Below, in pieces: positions 1 through 9,600 of a stretch of DNA of 64,000 nt (the first letter of the stretch is position 1; every line of letters starts with the position of its first letter). Source of the DNA: Patescibacteria group bacterium. GTDB taxonomy: Bacteria; Patescibacteriota; Patescibacteriia; UBA1558; GWA2-36-10. Where the stretch lies: assembly GCA_018819405.1 (NCBI GenBank), contig JAHJQF010000001.1:817469-881468 (forward strand). The letters run 5' to 3'. The notes under the pieces were generated by a model. That model was not told where the DNA came from. It did no database searches and saw only the letters and a program-made list of their open reading frames with translations. Position numbers and translations under genes: made by a program.

Positions 1-483
1 TAAATGATCAGAAGAGGCCTTGCTGGCTGAATAGGGACTGCGCGGATCATACTTGGTATTTTCAGAAAATTTTTCCTGATTATCTTTGAGCTCACCAAAT
101 ACCTCATCAGTAGAAACATGATGAAAGCGAATATTATTTTCCTTGGCAACTTTAAGCAGGGTATGAGTACCCAATACATTGGTAATAATAAATGGATCTG
201 GGCCGGTGATAGAATTGTCTACGTGGCTTTCAGCGGCAAAATTTATTATCAAGTCTACACTATCCTCTCTGGCTATTTTAGAAACTAAATCATAATCTCC
301 GATATCTCCTTTTACAAATTTGTAATTTGGATTATTTTCCAATGATTTTAAATTGGCCAAATTTCCGGCATAAGTCAAAACATCCAAATTAATTATTTTG
401 TAATCTGGATATTTTTTTATAATATAGTGTATGAAGTTGGAACCAATAAACCCCGCACCACCTGTCACCAAAATATTTTTCAT
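1..483 (-). CDS. rfbB: dTDP-glucose 4,6-dehydratase, N-terminal ~160 aa; 3' end lies beyond the window edge
   Basis: Reverse translation from ATG at 483 gives MKNILVTGGAGFIGSNF...YDPRSPYSASKASSDHL. It has the Rossmann GxxGxxG, the YxxxK SDR motif region and typical RfbB blocks (THTLLK, VSTDEVFG). Confidence 0.85.
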   Translation of the reverse strand, partial: MKNILVTGGAGFIGSNFIHYIIKKYPDYKIINLDVLTYAGNLANLKSLENNPNYKFVKGDIGDYDLVSKIAREDSVDLIINFAAESHVDNSITGPDPFIITNVLGTHTLLKVAKENNIRFHHVSTDEVFGELKDNQEKFSENTKYDPRSPYSASKASSDHL

Positions 484-565
484 AATTTTATCGTAATTTT
501 TATAGTTTTGTAACACATTTTTAAAAATAAATTTATTTTATAATAGGTTGCAATCTAAAAATTTT

Positions 566-597
566 GGATTGCCGCGCCCTTCGGGCTCGCAATGACG
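566..597 (+). repeat. GC-rich hairpin element, copy 1 of the GGATTSC-stem-loop-SAATGACG family
   Basis: Sequence ggattgccgcgcccttcgggctcgcaatgacg. Related copies at 1019-1043 (inverted) and 1367-1395. The stems differ but remain complementary. Confidence 0.5.
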
Positions 598-600
598 TTT

Positions 601-1023
601 TTAATTAATCTTAATTTTTTCTAATACTTCAGCTGCTTTGCCTTCTGGATATGGCTCCTGTGGCCACATCTTGATGCCGTCGTTTTCATGTCGTGGCACA
701 ACGTGAAAATGAATATGGGGAATCAATTGTCCAGCCACTGGATCATTATTTTCACAAACATTATAACCTTCAACTTCTAAACCATTTTTGATAGCCTGTC
801 CCACTTTTTTTACCGTAATTATCAATTGTTGTAATTCATTGGTTGGGATTTCTTCCAAATTGGCGTAGTGTTGTTTAGACACCACCAAAGTGTGCCCATG
901 ATTTACCGGACTAATATCTAAAAAAGCCATAGTAGTCTCATCTTCGTAAACTTTGTAACTAGGTATTTCTCCTTTGATAATTTTGCAAAAAATACAATCT
1001 TCCATAACATTACAGCTAGTCAT
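601..1023 (-). CDS. HIT-family (histidine triad) nucleotide hydrolase
   Basis: 140 aa with the HxHxHxx motif (IPHIHFHVVPR) near the C-terminus, typical of HIT/Hint proteins. Confidence 0.85.
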   Translation of the reverse strand: MTSCNVMEDCIFCKIIKGEIPSYKVYEDETTMAFLDISPVNHGHTLVVSKQHYANLEEIPTNELQQLIITVKKVGQAIKNGLEVEGYNVCENNDPVAGQLIPHIHFHVVPRHENDGIKMWPQEPYPEGKAAEVLEKIKIN

Positions 1024-1043
1024 TCCCGCGAAAGCGGGAATCT
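1019..1043 (-). repeat. GC-rich hairpin element copy 2 (tcattcccgcgaaagcgggaatc), inverted relative to copies 1 and 3
   Basis: Perfect 8-bp palindrome attcccgc/gcgggaat flanked by ga-tt and aatgac, between the HIT and GIY-YIG genes. Confidence 0.5.
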
Positions 1044-1055
1044 AGCAATTAAAAA

Positions 1056-1352
1056 TTAAATTATACGATAATAAAGATCGTCCCAATATGGATTTTCTTT
1101 TTCTATAAGCTCCAACTTCCACTTTCTATTCCATTTTTTAAGTTGTTTTTCTCTCATTATAGCCAAAGTTATATCATATATTATTTCATAATAAACTAAC
1201 TTGTGTATTCCATACCTTTTTGTAAATCCGTCGTGTAGCTTATTTTTATGCTCAAATACGCGCCTAACTATATCATTGGTAACGCCTATATATAATGTAC
1301 CATTTCTTTTATTTGCTAAAATATAAATATAATACTCTTTGTACATAATCAC
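1056..1352 (-). CDS. GIY-YIG nuclease-family small protein (YhbQ/UPF0213-like)
   Basis: 98 aa with YIYIL...GTLYIGVTNDIVRRVFEHK (GIY-YIG core with conserved R and E). Flanked by hairpin elements. Confidence 0.75.
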   Translation of the reverse strand: MIMYKEYYIYILANKRNGTLYIGVTNDIVRRVFEHKNKLHDGFTKRYGIHKLVYYEIIYDITLAIMREKQLKKWNRKWKLELIEKENPYWDDLYYRII

Positions 1353-1366
1353 TTTCCTTCTTTGCT

Positions 1367-1395
1367 GGATTCCCGGGTCAAGCCCGAGAATGACG
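1367..1395 (+). repeat. GC-rich hairpin element copy 3 (ggattcccgggtcaagcccgagaatgacg)
   Basis: Same GGATTCC...GAATGACG frame as copies 1 and 2 with a different stem sequence. Confidence 0.5.
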
Positions 1396-1397
1396 AA

Positions 1398-3026
1398 TTA
1401 TGGCATCTTTTGTACTTTATATAAGATAAAATTATCCCATATTTGGCTAGGCTCTGCTAAATCTAAGTTTAGCTCATTGGCTGCTTGCCGGTCAACTTGA
1501 ATTTTTTCCTCACTCTCATTGCTATAATAATAAACTGGCACTACATCTACAATATTTTTGACCCTCTCCCACAAAGGCAAATCACCCTGAAAAGCTATCA
1601 CTCTATATTTTGGGAAAAATACTTTATCAGATCTCTCTGAAATAATAACAGCATCATCCTCCACTAGAGAACTCACTCTCTCATATTGAGCATAATAATT
1701 ATTTAAGGTCTTACGATTTTCCAAGAGCCCATCATGCTCAGACATAAACGCCAACTTGAGAGATGAAACTACAATAATACTAACTACTACATAAGAGGCT
1801 ATCTTGTTTGTTGTACTACTACCCATAAACAATTCTTTGATAGCTAAAGCTACCAAAGGAAGTATCCAGATATATAAAGGCATAAAATATCTGACATAAG
1901 AAATAGAAATTGTGTTTAGCTCTTTGACCAATGGATCTGCCAAATTCCAAGAAGCATAATAAAGAAGTATTAAAATAAAAATAAAAGGACTAATCAATAA
2001 ATATTTTTTCCAGGCCAATGATCTTTTTTTGTACTTGCTGATCAAAAGTACAAATCCAGCTACCGCCAATACAAAATGTGGCAGTATTATATCAATATAA
2101 TACTTATAAAAATTCTTTAATATCAAAACAAAATTAAAACCAAAAGGAGCAATCAATAATTTTATATAAGAAAAAATACCCCTTGATTGAAGCTGTATCT
2201 CAGAATCAACCTGACCGGACTGTAAATTGAGATAACCAAATGTAAAATAGCCACCATAAGTAGCTTTATTAAGTGAAAAAAATCCAAATAAGACTGCCAC
2301 TAGTACCAAAAGACCAAAAACAATTTTTTTGGCACTCAAAATATCACGCTTAATATACAAAACAAATAAACTAATAAGAGCTAGCCAAACTACTTCGGTT
2401 GGCCTGACGACAACTGCCAAAGATAATAGAAAACTACCCAGTATCCACCATAGTTCGTGCTTGGACTTAAAACTTTTTACTATTGCCCACCAACCGCCAA
2501 GTACAAGAAATACAAACATGACCGTCGGCACCATGACAACATTGGCAAAAAATACCCATGGGGCTAAAGACAAAAATAATAATGTGCTAATAAAAGCAAT
2601 GTCCAAGTCTTTGAATAAATACAGTACTAATCTATAAACTAGCCAAGCGCTAAACATAGCCATCAAAGGAGTAATAAATAATACTCCATAAGCTCCTAAT
2701 ATTTTATAAAACAAGGAAAAAACCACTATGGATGGCAAAAAAGCCATCGGCACCAAAGAGCCCTCTAGTACATTGACACTTCTAGCGTGTAATAGATTAT
2801 TAGTTATTAGATTGAGCGGCTCATAGACAAATAGTAAACGGGTATTAGCATAGCTAGAAGCAAAAAAATGGTTGGCTGTTGCATCAGGCCAGTTAAAAAT
2901 CAAATGCTCAAATTGCATCCATTTGGGCCACCAAACAGTAATATTATTAAAATTATATATAATCAAAAATATCACTGATAAAAAAACCAGTAAAAATTGA
3001 TATCTTTGTTCTTTAGTTAGTTCCAC
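1398..3026 (-). CDS. Polytopic membrane glycosyltransferase, GT-C type (ArnT/PMT GT39/GT83-like)
   Basis: 542 aa with more than 10 predicted TM helices and an N-terminal GT-C-like region, adjacent to GT2/GT4 genes. No exact family match verified. Confidence 0.5.
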   Translation of the reverse strand: MELTKEQRYQFLLVFLSVIFLIIYNFNNITVWWPKWMQFEHLIFNWPDATANHFFASSYANTRLLFVYEPLNLITNNLLHARSVNVLEGSLVPMAFLPSIVVFSLFYKILGAYGVLFITPLMAMFSAWLVYRLVLYLFKDLDIAFISTLLFLSLAPWVFFANVVMVPTVMFVFLVLGGWWAIVKSFKSKHELWWILGSFLLSLAVVVRPTEVVWLALISLFVLYIKRDILSAKKIVFGLLVLVAVLFGFFSLNKATYGGYFTFGYLNLQSGQVDSEIQLQSRGIFSYIKLLIAPFGFNFVLILKNFYKYYIDIILPHFVLAVAGFVLLISKYKKRSLAWKKYLLISPFIFILILLYYASWNLADPLVKELNTISISYVRYFMPLYIWILPLVALAIKELFMGSSTTNKIASYVVVSIIVVSSLKLAFMSEHDGLLENRKTLNNYYAQYERVSSLVEDDAVIISERSDKVFFPKYRVIAFQGDLPLWERVKNIVDVVPVYYYSNESEEKIQVDRQAANELNLDLAEPSQIWDNFILYKVQKMP

Positions 3027-3046
3027 TACGTTAGAAATTTAATTTA

Positions 3047-4273
3047 TTAATGAGGTCTATTGATAAGTTCTAAAATTTTATTAATATAATTTTCTAAATT
3101 ATGTTGTTTTACACTAATCCGACAATTATCAGCCATTTTGGCAATTTTTTCTCTCTGCTTATAAAGGCCGACTATTTTTTTATTTAAAATATCAAAATCT
3201 CCCGCCGGAAAAGACCAGCCATTTATATTTTCTACTATCAGTTCACTAGCTCCGCCAATGTCCGATGCAATCACTGGCATACCCATAGATAGTGATTCGT
3301 AAATAACAGTTGGGGAATTTTCATAGCAAAGAGATGGCACCAGCATCACATCCATAGATGACAAAAGGGGCAATAATTTGTGATTGGGTAGCCAACCATG
3401 AAAAATAATTCTTTTATCATCTTTGGCTTTATGTTTTGCTCTGGGTAGATCTTCCCCTACTCCGACAATATGCAGGCGCATGTGTGGCAATTTTATTTTT
3501 ATAAAAGAGTCAATCAAATCCAATACTCCTTTGGCACGATGAATCTGACCCAGATATACCAATTCCAAATTTGGCGTTGGTGTCTTGGGCATTTTCATAA
3601 GTGAACGAATAGGGTTGGGAATAACTGCTTTTTTTGAATGCTTAAAAAACCCATTTTTAGTATAAAAATCCATCAAAAATTTGGAAGGAGAAACTACCAC
3701 ATCAGGGCTACCCATCAACTTTCTCATCAAAGCTACATAACCAATATATCGAAAAAAACGATGGCTAAAGGCATTTTCTTTGCCCTTGATAATCAAACCA
3801 GAGGGTGTGACTAGCTGTACATCATGGACAGTATGAAGATGTTTTATTTTTAAATTCCTAATAAGCATTGGTACCAAAAAACCAATACCCATCAGATTGT
3901 GAGTAATCACCACATCCGGCTTTTCTTTTAACAAAATCTTTTTTATTTTGAAATAAGAAAAAATATTGAAGATATCAAAAATATGCCAAAACAAACGTAA
4001 GAAAGATGGAAACTTAAAATCATCTAAATAATAATAAAGATTAACTGGATTGAAACGATAGACATCAACCTCTTCAAAAGTATCGACACTGGTTGTCCAA
4101 AGTCCCGTGCGAAAAATATGAGCGCCAATAAACTTTACTTTAGCTGGTCGAGTAGAAATTGCAAAGACATGCTGCCATGATTTTTTGAGCCCCTGAGCCT
4201 CCATAGCAGCCACTATCTCTGCCCCACCACGCACAAATGGCGGATATAAATTTGATATTACAGCAATTTTCAT
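3047..4273 (-). CDS. Glycosyltransferase family 4 (GT-B)
   Basis: 408 aa with a C-terminal EX7E-type region (GGASELIVENINGWSF) typical of GT4. Confidence 0.8.
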   Translation of the reverse strand: MKIAVISNLYPPFVRGGAEIVAAMEAQGLKKSWQHVFAISTRPAKVKFIGAHIFRTGLWTTSVDTFEEVDVYRFNPVNLYYYLDDFKFPSFLRLFWHIFDIFNIFSYFKIKKILLKEKPDVVITHNLMGIGFLVPMLIRNLKIKHLHTVHDVQLVTPSGLIIKGKENAFSHRFFRYIGYVALMRKLMGSPDVVVSPSKFLMDFYTKNGFFKHSKKAVIPNPIRSLMKMPKTPTPNLELVYLGQIHRAKGVLDLIDSFIKIKLPHMRLHIVGVGEDLPRAKHKAKDDKRIIFHGWLPNHKLLPLLSSMDVMLVPSLCYENSPTVIYESLSMGMPVIASDIGGASELIVENINGWSFPAGDFDILNKKIVGLYKQREKIAKMADNCRISVKQHNLENYINKILELINRPH

Positions 4274-5413
4274 TTAAATACTTCTTATAATATTATCCAA
4301 TTTATAGCCTATCTTTTCCCAAGTATATTGACGCAATACTTTTTCGCGACCAGCCTTACCATAGGCCTTGGCTTCTTTGGGATTTCTTAAAAGATAATCA
4401 ATCATAGAAGCCAGATTATCTACATTACCTGGTTTGATCAAAAGACCAGTCTTTCTTTTATCTACTACCGATCTGACTCCCGGCAAATCAGAAGCAATAA
4501 CCGGCACACCTGATGACATGGCTTCAAGAGATACTATACCAAAGGCTTCTGATCTATCAATAGACGGCAAGACAAAAATATCAGCCACACTATAAAACTT
4601 TGGCAAAAAATCATCTGGCACAAAACCAGTAAAAATAATCTTTTTGGACAAGCCCAGACTATCTACCATGCTCTCATAAGTAGAGCGCAAATTACCATCA
4701 CCAATAATTAATAACCTAAAATCATCACTACTGGCTATCTTGTTGATAGCCTGAATAAGCACATTTATGCCCTTAAAATAATGGGCTTTATCTAAGGCTC
4801 CGACAAACATTATTATTTTTTTGTCGTGCAAACCGTATTTATCTATTACTCCTTTATCTCTGATACGAGGCTTAAATAGAAGATGATTAACTCCACATGG
4901 TATTTCTACGAATTTTTCCGGCTCGGCCTGTAGACGCTCTTTCAAGCTGGAATTTTTGGCATAATCAAAAGAAGTAACAATAATCTTGTCAGCTGAATCC
5001 AAAATTCTTGGCGTGACATTATTGGTGTGCCAATTAAAAAACTTCGACAACAGCCCCCTGCCCTGAACATCCATATGATAAGTAACCAGTAAGCGCAGAT
5101 CCTTTATCTTATCCAAAAAATATATTATCTCTGCCCCACCAAAAAAAGGATAATGCAGATGAATAATATCATAAGCAGACAGCTTATAAAAAAGCTGGGG
5201 CAGGATACCGGCATTACCATATTTGAACCACGGCCTTAATCTCTGCACCTCAAAAGGATATTCATCACGATACGGAGTATTGATCTTGTAAAGAGGTGTA
5301 AAAACTGTGACATCATGACCAAGCGTACTAAGAGACCAAGCATTGTAGTAAGCAACATTGCCCATACCGGCCTTATATGGAGGAAAAGTAGATGTAACTT
5401 CTGCTATTTTCAT
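4274..5413 (-). CDS. Glycosyltransferase family 4 (GT-B)
   Basis: 379 aa with a GT4 C-terminal domain (SEAFGIVSLEAMSSGVPVIASD...TGLLIKP). Abuts the downstream GT4. Confidence 0.8.
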   Translation of the reverse strand: MKIAEVTSTFPPYKAGMGNVAYYNAWSLSTLGHDVTVFTPLYKINTPYRDEYPFEVQRLRPWFKYGNAGILPQLFYKLSAYDIIHLHYPFFGGAEIIYFLDKIKDLRLLVTYHMDVQGRGLLSKFFNWHTNNVTPRILDSADKIIVTSFDYAKNSSLKERLQAEPEKFVEIPCGVNHLLFKPRIRDKGVIDKYGLHDKKIIMFVGALDKAHYFKGINVLIQAINKIASSDDFRLLIIGDGNLRSTYESMVDSLGLSKKIIFTGFVPDDFLPKFYSVADIFVLPSIDRSEAFGIVSLEAMSSGVPVIASDLPGVRSVVDKRKTGLLIKPGNVDNLASMIDYLLRNPKEAKAYGKAGREKVLRQYTWEKIGYKLDNIIRSI

Positions 5414-5520
5414 CCCGTTATAAATTTATTTTGTTAATTTCTTTATATTTATTATTCATATTGTTTATTTGAAAATTATTTTTATTTTACTAAAAATTAA
5501 ATTTATTTAACGCGATGAAT

Positions 5521-6579
5521 TTACCAAAAAATAAATATTTTTATCAACTGCCAATAAATAAAAAATAAAACATTGGCCGTTTTAAGAGCCAGCGAATTGA
5601 GTGGCTGAAATAAAATCAATCCAGTAAACTTTGAAATTACTTGACGATCAGATCGAGTTCTTTTGGACTGTATATATTTTCTTTTGGTGGCTAGCATTTT
5701 CATATCACTGACTGAAAATAAAAATGAATACGCTTTTATTTTATCTTTTGTTCTTCTGTTTATCATGGCTAGCATCAATTGCCCAAATTCCATAATCAAC
5801 CAGGCTGGGAAAATAATTATCAAAGTGGCTATTTTATAATTTTTTAGCATTACCCAAAGACGATTTCTTTCAAAATAATAAAAATGCTTCATGCCTCTTT
5901 TGAATTCATACTTATGATAAATAACACTCTCTGGAATAAGATAATTATCATAACCCAACATAGACAAACTCCAACCCAAATCCAAATCCTCTAAATACAT
6001 AAACATAGTCTCATCAAACAAATATCCTAACTCTGCCAAAGCAGCCATAGACAAAAATTCACCAGCTCCGGAGGAATAATTTATTTTTTTTATTTTGTGA
6101 TCATTGCGATCAATTTTGCCGGATTCTGTACCATAACCAAATCCCAAAAAATGTATAGCATTACCCACCGTATTAATCCTATCCTTTTTGGACCATAATC
6201 TAAGTTTTGACTGCAGAGAACCAAATTTGTTTTGCTTGGCAAATTTATAAAGCGGCTCCAAAAAACCTGGACTGACTACAGTGTCCTGGTTCAAAAGATA
6301 TATATAATCCGCTCCTCTAGTCTTGGCCCAATCATAACCAATATTATTACCTCCGACAAAACCTGTATTTTCTTTATTAACAATAATATCAACACTGGGG
6401 AAATTATTTTTTATAAATTCTACTGAATCATCACTAGAATTATTATCTACCACCAAAATCTCCACATCAAAATCATGGTACTTTTCTTGTACCAAAGGTG
6501 GCATAAGGGCCGGTAGGTACTCACGACCATTATAAGAAACTATTATAACAACAACTTTATCACGCAGCATTTTTACCAT
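5521..6579 (-). CDS. Glycosyltransferase family 2 with C-terminal membrane segment
   Basis: 352 aa. The N-terminus has VVIIVSYNGREYL...VVDNNSSDDS and DXD-like motifs (GT-A fold). The C-terminus is hydrophobic. Confidence 0.75.
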   Translation of the reverse strand: MVKMLRDKVVVIIVSYNGREYLPALMPPLVQEKYHDFDVEILVVDNNSSDDSVEFIKNNFPSVDIIVNKENTGFVGGNNIGYDWAKTRGADYIYLLNQDTVVSPGFLEPLYKFAKQNKFGSLQSKLRLWSKKDRINTVGNAIHFLGFGYGTESGKIDRNDHKIKKINYSSGAGEFLSMAALAELGYLFDETMFMYLEDLDLGWSLSMLGYDNYLIPESVIYHKYEFKRGMKHFYYFERNRLWVMLKNYKIATLIIIFPAWLIMEFGQLMLAMINRRTKDKIKAYSFLFSVSDMKMLATKRKYIQSKRTRSDRQVISKFTGLILFQPLNSLALKTANVLFFIYWQLIKIFIFW

Positions 6580-6627
6580 ATATTAACTTTTACCCACACG
6601 ACATCCATAAATAAAATAGTACGGGAT

Positions 6628-6960
6628 TTATCTTTTTTCAGCATTTTTTATGGCGTCCTCTCTGACGGCTTTAGTAATTTCATTTTCAATTTTATTCAAT
6701 CGTACAAAAATTCTAAAGAGCATATAAAATATTACAACAATTGATATATAAACAACCAAATCTGCCCCTCTGCCTATACCCAAAACATTGGCCAAATAAG
6801 TAGTGGTATCAGGCTGCCAAAAAACGACTAATACTGCCAGCCAGAGCAAAAACCAAATAATAAAAGAAAAAAGTGATATTTTATTTTTTTGCTTTTGCAC
6901 AAAAAGCTTAAACAAAATAACCAAGACAAATAAAGTAATTATGATTTGTAAGTAAATCAT
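6628..6960 (-). CDS. Small membrane protein (DUF2304-like), typically paired with a GT2
   Basis: 110 aa with 3 TM helices. Overlaps the upstream GT2 by 4 nt (translational coupling). Confidence 0.5.
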   Translation of the reverse strand: MIYLQIIITLFVLVILFKLFVQKQKNKISLFSFIIWFLLWLAVLVVFWQPDTTTYLANVLGIGRGADLVVYISIVVIFYMLFRIFVRLNKIENEITKAVREDAIKNAEKR

Positions 6961-7628
6961 TTGCTTATTTTACTAAATAATAAATCTTTTATAATTCTCA
7001 CCCCACCACCTAATCCTTGACCAAAGTCACGGTAAATCACAGTAACTGGTATCTCTCTGATACGCATACGATAAGCAAAAGACTTGGCGATAATTTCTGA
7101 GCAATGAGCATATTCGTCATTTTCTATCCTGATCTTCTGGGCAGTTGATTTGGTCATGGCTCGAAAACCATTTTGAGGATCAGATGATTTTACTCCCAAA
7201 AGGATTCTATTTACCAGTCTAGCCATTGGCATATAGATTTTCTCTTTGAGCCATGGCATCTGTGACTTTTTACCTAAAAATCTAGAGCCAAACACAATAT
7301 CAGCTTGGCCGCCCAATAATGGATCAATTATATCTTTTATCTCTTCAGCCAAAAACTGACCATCACCATCGAAATGCACTATAATATCTGCTCCATTTCT
7401 GATGGCATATTGATTACCGGTTTCTAGGGCTGCCCCTTGTCCACGGTTTATTTTGTGCTTCAAAATATCTACTTTGTAATTTCTGACTATATCCAAAGTC
7501 TCATCTGTAGAGCCATCATCAACTACCACCAATTTATAAGGCAAAGCAGACAGGTCACTTAACACCTGTCCGATTCTTTTGGCTTCATTCCAAGTTGGTA
7601 TAATGACAAAAATATTCACCCAATTCAA
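6957..7628 (-). CDS. Glycosyltransferase family 2 (polyprenyl-phosphate sugar synthase-like)
   Basis: 223 aa with IIPTWNEAKRI...VVDDGSTDET...HFDGDGQ, typical of DPM1/GtrB-like GT2. Confidence 0.8.
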   Translation of the reverse strand: MNWVNIFVIIPTWNEAKRIGQVLSDLSALPYKLVVVDDGSTDETLDIVRNYKVDILKHKINRGQGAALETGNQYAIRNGADIIVHFDGDGQFLAEEIKDIIDPLLGGQADIVFGSRFLGKKSQMPWLKEKIYMPMARLVNRILLGVKSSDPQNGFRAMTKSTAQKIRIENDEYAHCSEIIAKSFAYRMRIREIPVTVIYRDFGQGLGGGVRIIKDLLFSKISK

Positions 7629-7634
7629 AATTAA

Positions 7635-8546
7635 TTATCTTTTTTCTTTAAACCAACGATAGGTTATTTCTAATCCTTGATGCAAATCATAATTGGGCTG
7701 CCAGCTTATCTCTCGACTAGCCTTGGAATAATCCAAGCAACTCCTTCTCACCTCGCCCACTACCGGATCACTGTGTTTGACCGACACTTTTTCTTTGGCA
7801 ATATTAGAAATAGTATCCACCAAATTCAGAATAGAAGTTTCTTGGCCGGTACCAATATTATAAATGCCTGTGACATTTTGATTTACCTTGAGCAAAGCAT
7901 CTACGGCATCAGCTACATACATAAAATCTCTGGTTTGCTCTCCATCACCGAAAATATTCAAATCTTTTCCTTTGATAGCATTATCCAAAAATATAGCTAT
8001 CACTCCGGCTTCACCATATGGATCTTGCCTTGGTCCGTAAATATTTGACAGCCTAACTGCTGACCACTTTATTTTTTCCTGACCTAAAATAGCCAGATAT
8101 TTTTCAAAAGTCAGTTTATTTAATATATATGGAGAAAGAGCCTGTTCTGGCCCAGTTTCAGTGGTAGGCAACTGATCAGTGTCACCATATATACCACAGG
8201 TTGAGACAAAGACAAAATGTTTTACTTTGTGCTTTATTGCTTGATCCAAAATATTTAGAGAGCCCAATATATTGATGCTGGCATCAAGCATTGGATTTTC
8301 CAAAGAAGTACGCACATTTTTTTGAGCAGCCAGATGATATATTATATCTGGCATAAAATCAGCTACAATATTACCCAATTTTTCATCCCGTACATCAAAC
8401 TGGACAAATCTAGCGTGTGGATTTATATATTCTTTTTTGCCAGTACTCAAATCATCCACCACCAATACCTGATGTTCGTCTTTAACCAAACTATCTACCA
8501 AATGTGAGCCAATAAACCCCGCACCGCCTGTGACCAATATTTTCAT
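7635..8546 (-). CDS. NAD-dependent epimerase/dehydratase (UDP-sugar 4-epimerase-like SDR)
   Basis: 303 aa with MKILVTGGAGFIGSHLVDSL and extended SDR catalytic YxxxK (SPYILNK). Confidence 0.8.
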   Translation of the reverse strand: MKILVTGGAGFIGSHLVDSLVKDEHQVLVVDDLSTGKKEYINPHARFVQFDVRDEKLGNIVADFMPDIIYHLAAQKNVRTSLENPMLDASINILGSLNILDQAIKHKVKHFVFVSTCGIYGDTDQLPTTETGPEQALSPYILNKLTFEKYLAILGQEKIKWSAVRLSNIYGPRQDPYGEAGVIAIFLDNAIKGKDLNIFGDGEQTRDFMYVADAVDALLKVNQNVTGIYNIGTGQETSILNLVDTISNIAKEKVSVKHSDPVVGEVRRSCLDYSKASREISWQPNYDLHQGLEITYRWFKEKR

Positions 8547-8556
8547 AAATTTTTAA

Positions 8557-9588
8557 TTATTCTTCTATTTTTCCTTCAAATACAGGGCGATGCAAAAATG
8601 CCGTAGCCTTGTAATAATCAATAGCTTCTTTGAGCCCGTCTTCTATTGATACCAGAGGAAACCAATTTAATTCTTCTTTGGCCTTACTAATATCTGGTAT
8701 AGCTGGCTGCATGGTATAGGCATATTTATTGGTATAAGTTATAGAAGAACTTGAGCCTACTAAATCAATAACTTTTTTGGCAACTTCTGTCATAGTGTAT
8801 TGTTGTTCGGTTCCTAAGTTTATTGGTTCAGATATTTCTGAGACCATCAAAGCAATGAGCCCCTCTACAATATCTTTGACATAACAAAAGCTAATAACCG
8901 AATTTTCATCACCGGCAATCTCTACATCTTTGTTGTCAACTGCACTCCTAATAAAATCCGGCACTTGACGACCGCTGTGTTGGAGCATCCTTGGTCCATA
9001 GGTGGAAAATATCCTAGCAATACTGGTATTTAGTTGGTAAACATCCCGATAAGTGACAACCAGTGTTTCGGCAAATCTCTTACCTTCATTATAGCAAGCA
9101 CGAGGACCCAAAAAATCTAGCAAACCATAATAGCTTTCTCTGACTGGTGTACCATCTTCGGGCGGCTTACCATAAACAGCTGAAGTGGAGGCTAATAAAT
9201 ATCTAGCCTTATATTTTCTGGCCATTTCTAAACTATTTACTACCACTACCGAATTGGCAATGGCTGTTTTGACAGGAAATTTTGTATAATCTTTCGGAGC
9301 AGTCGGACAAGCTAAATTGTAGATTTCCTGAAAACCCTGCACCTCGACTTTAAATTTGCCCAAACCAGGCTGAATAGAAAAATCTATTTGTTCTTCCAAA
9401 TCGTGTCTGATAAATTCGAAATTTGGGTATTCCAAAAGTGAACGTATATTTTCTACATCTGATGATATAAAATTATCCACGCAGACAACATTGTCTCCCC
9501 TTCTAACCAGCTCTTCACAAAGGTGCGATCCAATAAAACCGGCTCCACCCAAAACCAAAATGTTTTTATTTTCAATAAATGGTTTCAT
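8557..9588 (-). CDS. NAD-dependent epimerase/dehydratase (UDP-glucuronate decarboxylase / dTDP-glucose dehydratase-like)
   Basis: 343 aa with ILVLGGAGFIGSHLCEEL, SAVYG and extended SDR features. Confidence 0.75.
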   Translation of the reverse strand: MKPFIENKNILVLGGAGFIGSHLCEELVRRGDNVVCVDNFISSDVENIRSLLEYPNFEFIRHDLEEQIDFSIQPGLGKFKVEVQGFQEIYNLACPTAPKDYTKFPVKTAIANSVVVVNSLEMARKYKARYLLASTSAVYGKPPEDGTPVRESYYGLLDFLGPRACYNEGKRFAETLVVTYRDVYQLNTSIARIFSTYGPRMLQHSGRQVPDFIRSAVDNKDVEIAGDENSVISFCYVKDIVEGLIALMVSEISEPINLGTEQQYTMTEVAKKVIDLVGSSSSITYTNKYAYTMQPAIPDISKAKEELNWFPLVSIEDGLKEAIDYYKATAFLHRPVFEGKIEE

Positions 9589-9600
9589 AATATTTTTATC

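Noticed and set aside
2329-2637. Track ORFs on the strand opposite to long conserved genes (e.g. 2329-2637, 6232-6426, 7677-8048, 8322-8507, 10676-10900, 14488-14945, 15684-15932, 18368-18706, 46061-46782, 52469-52711, 54829-55035, 57252-57476, 60770-60988)
   Set aside because: They lie antisense or out of frame inside well-supported CDSs, are low-complexity, and lack an RBS. Treated as chance ORFs in AT-rich or repeat-rich coding DNA.
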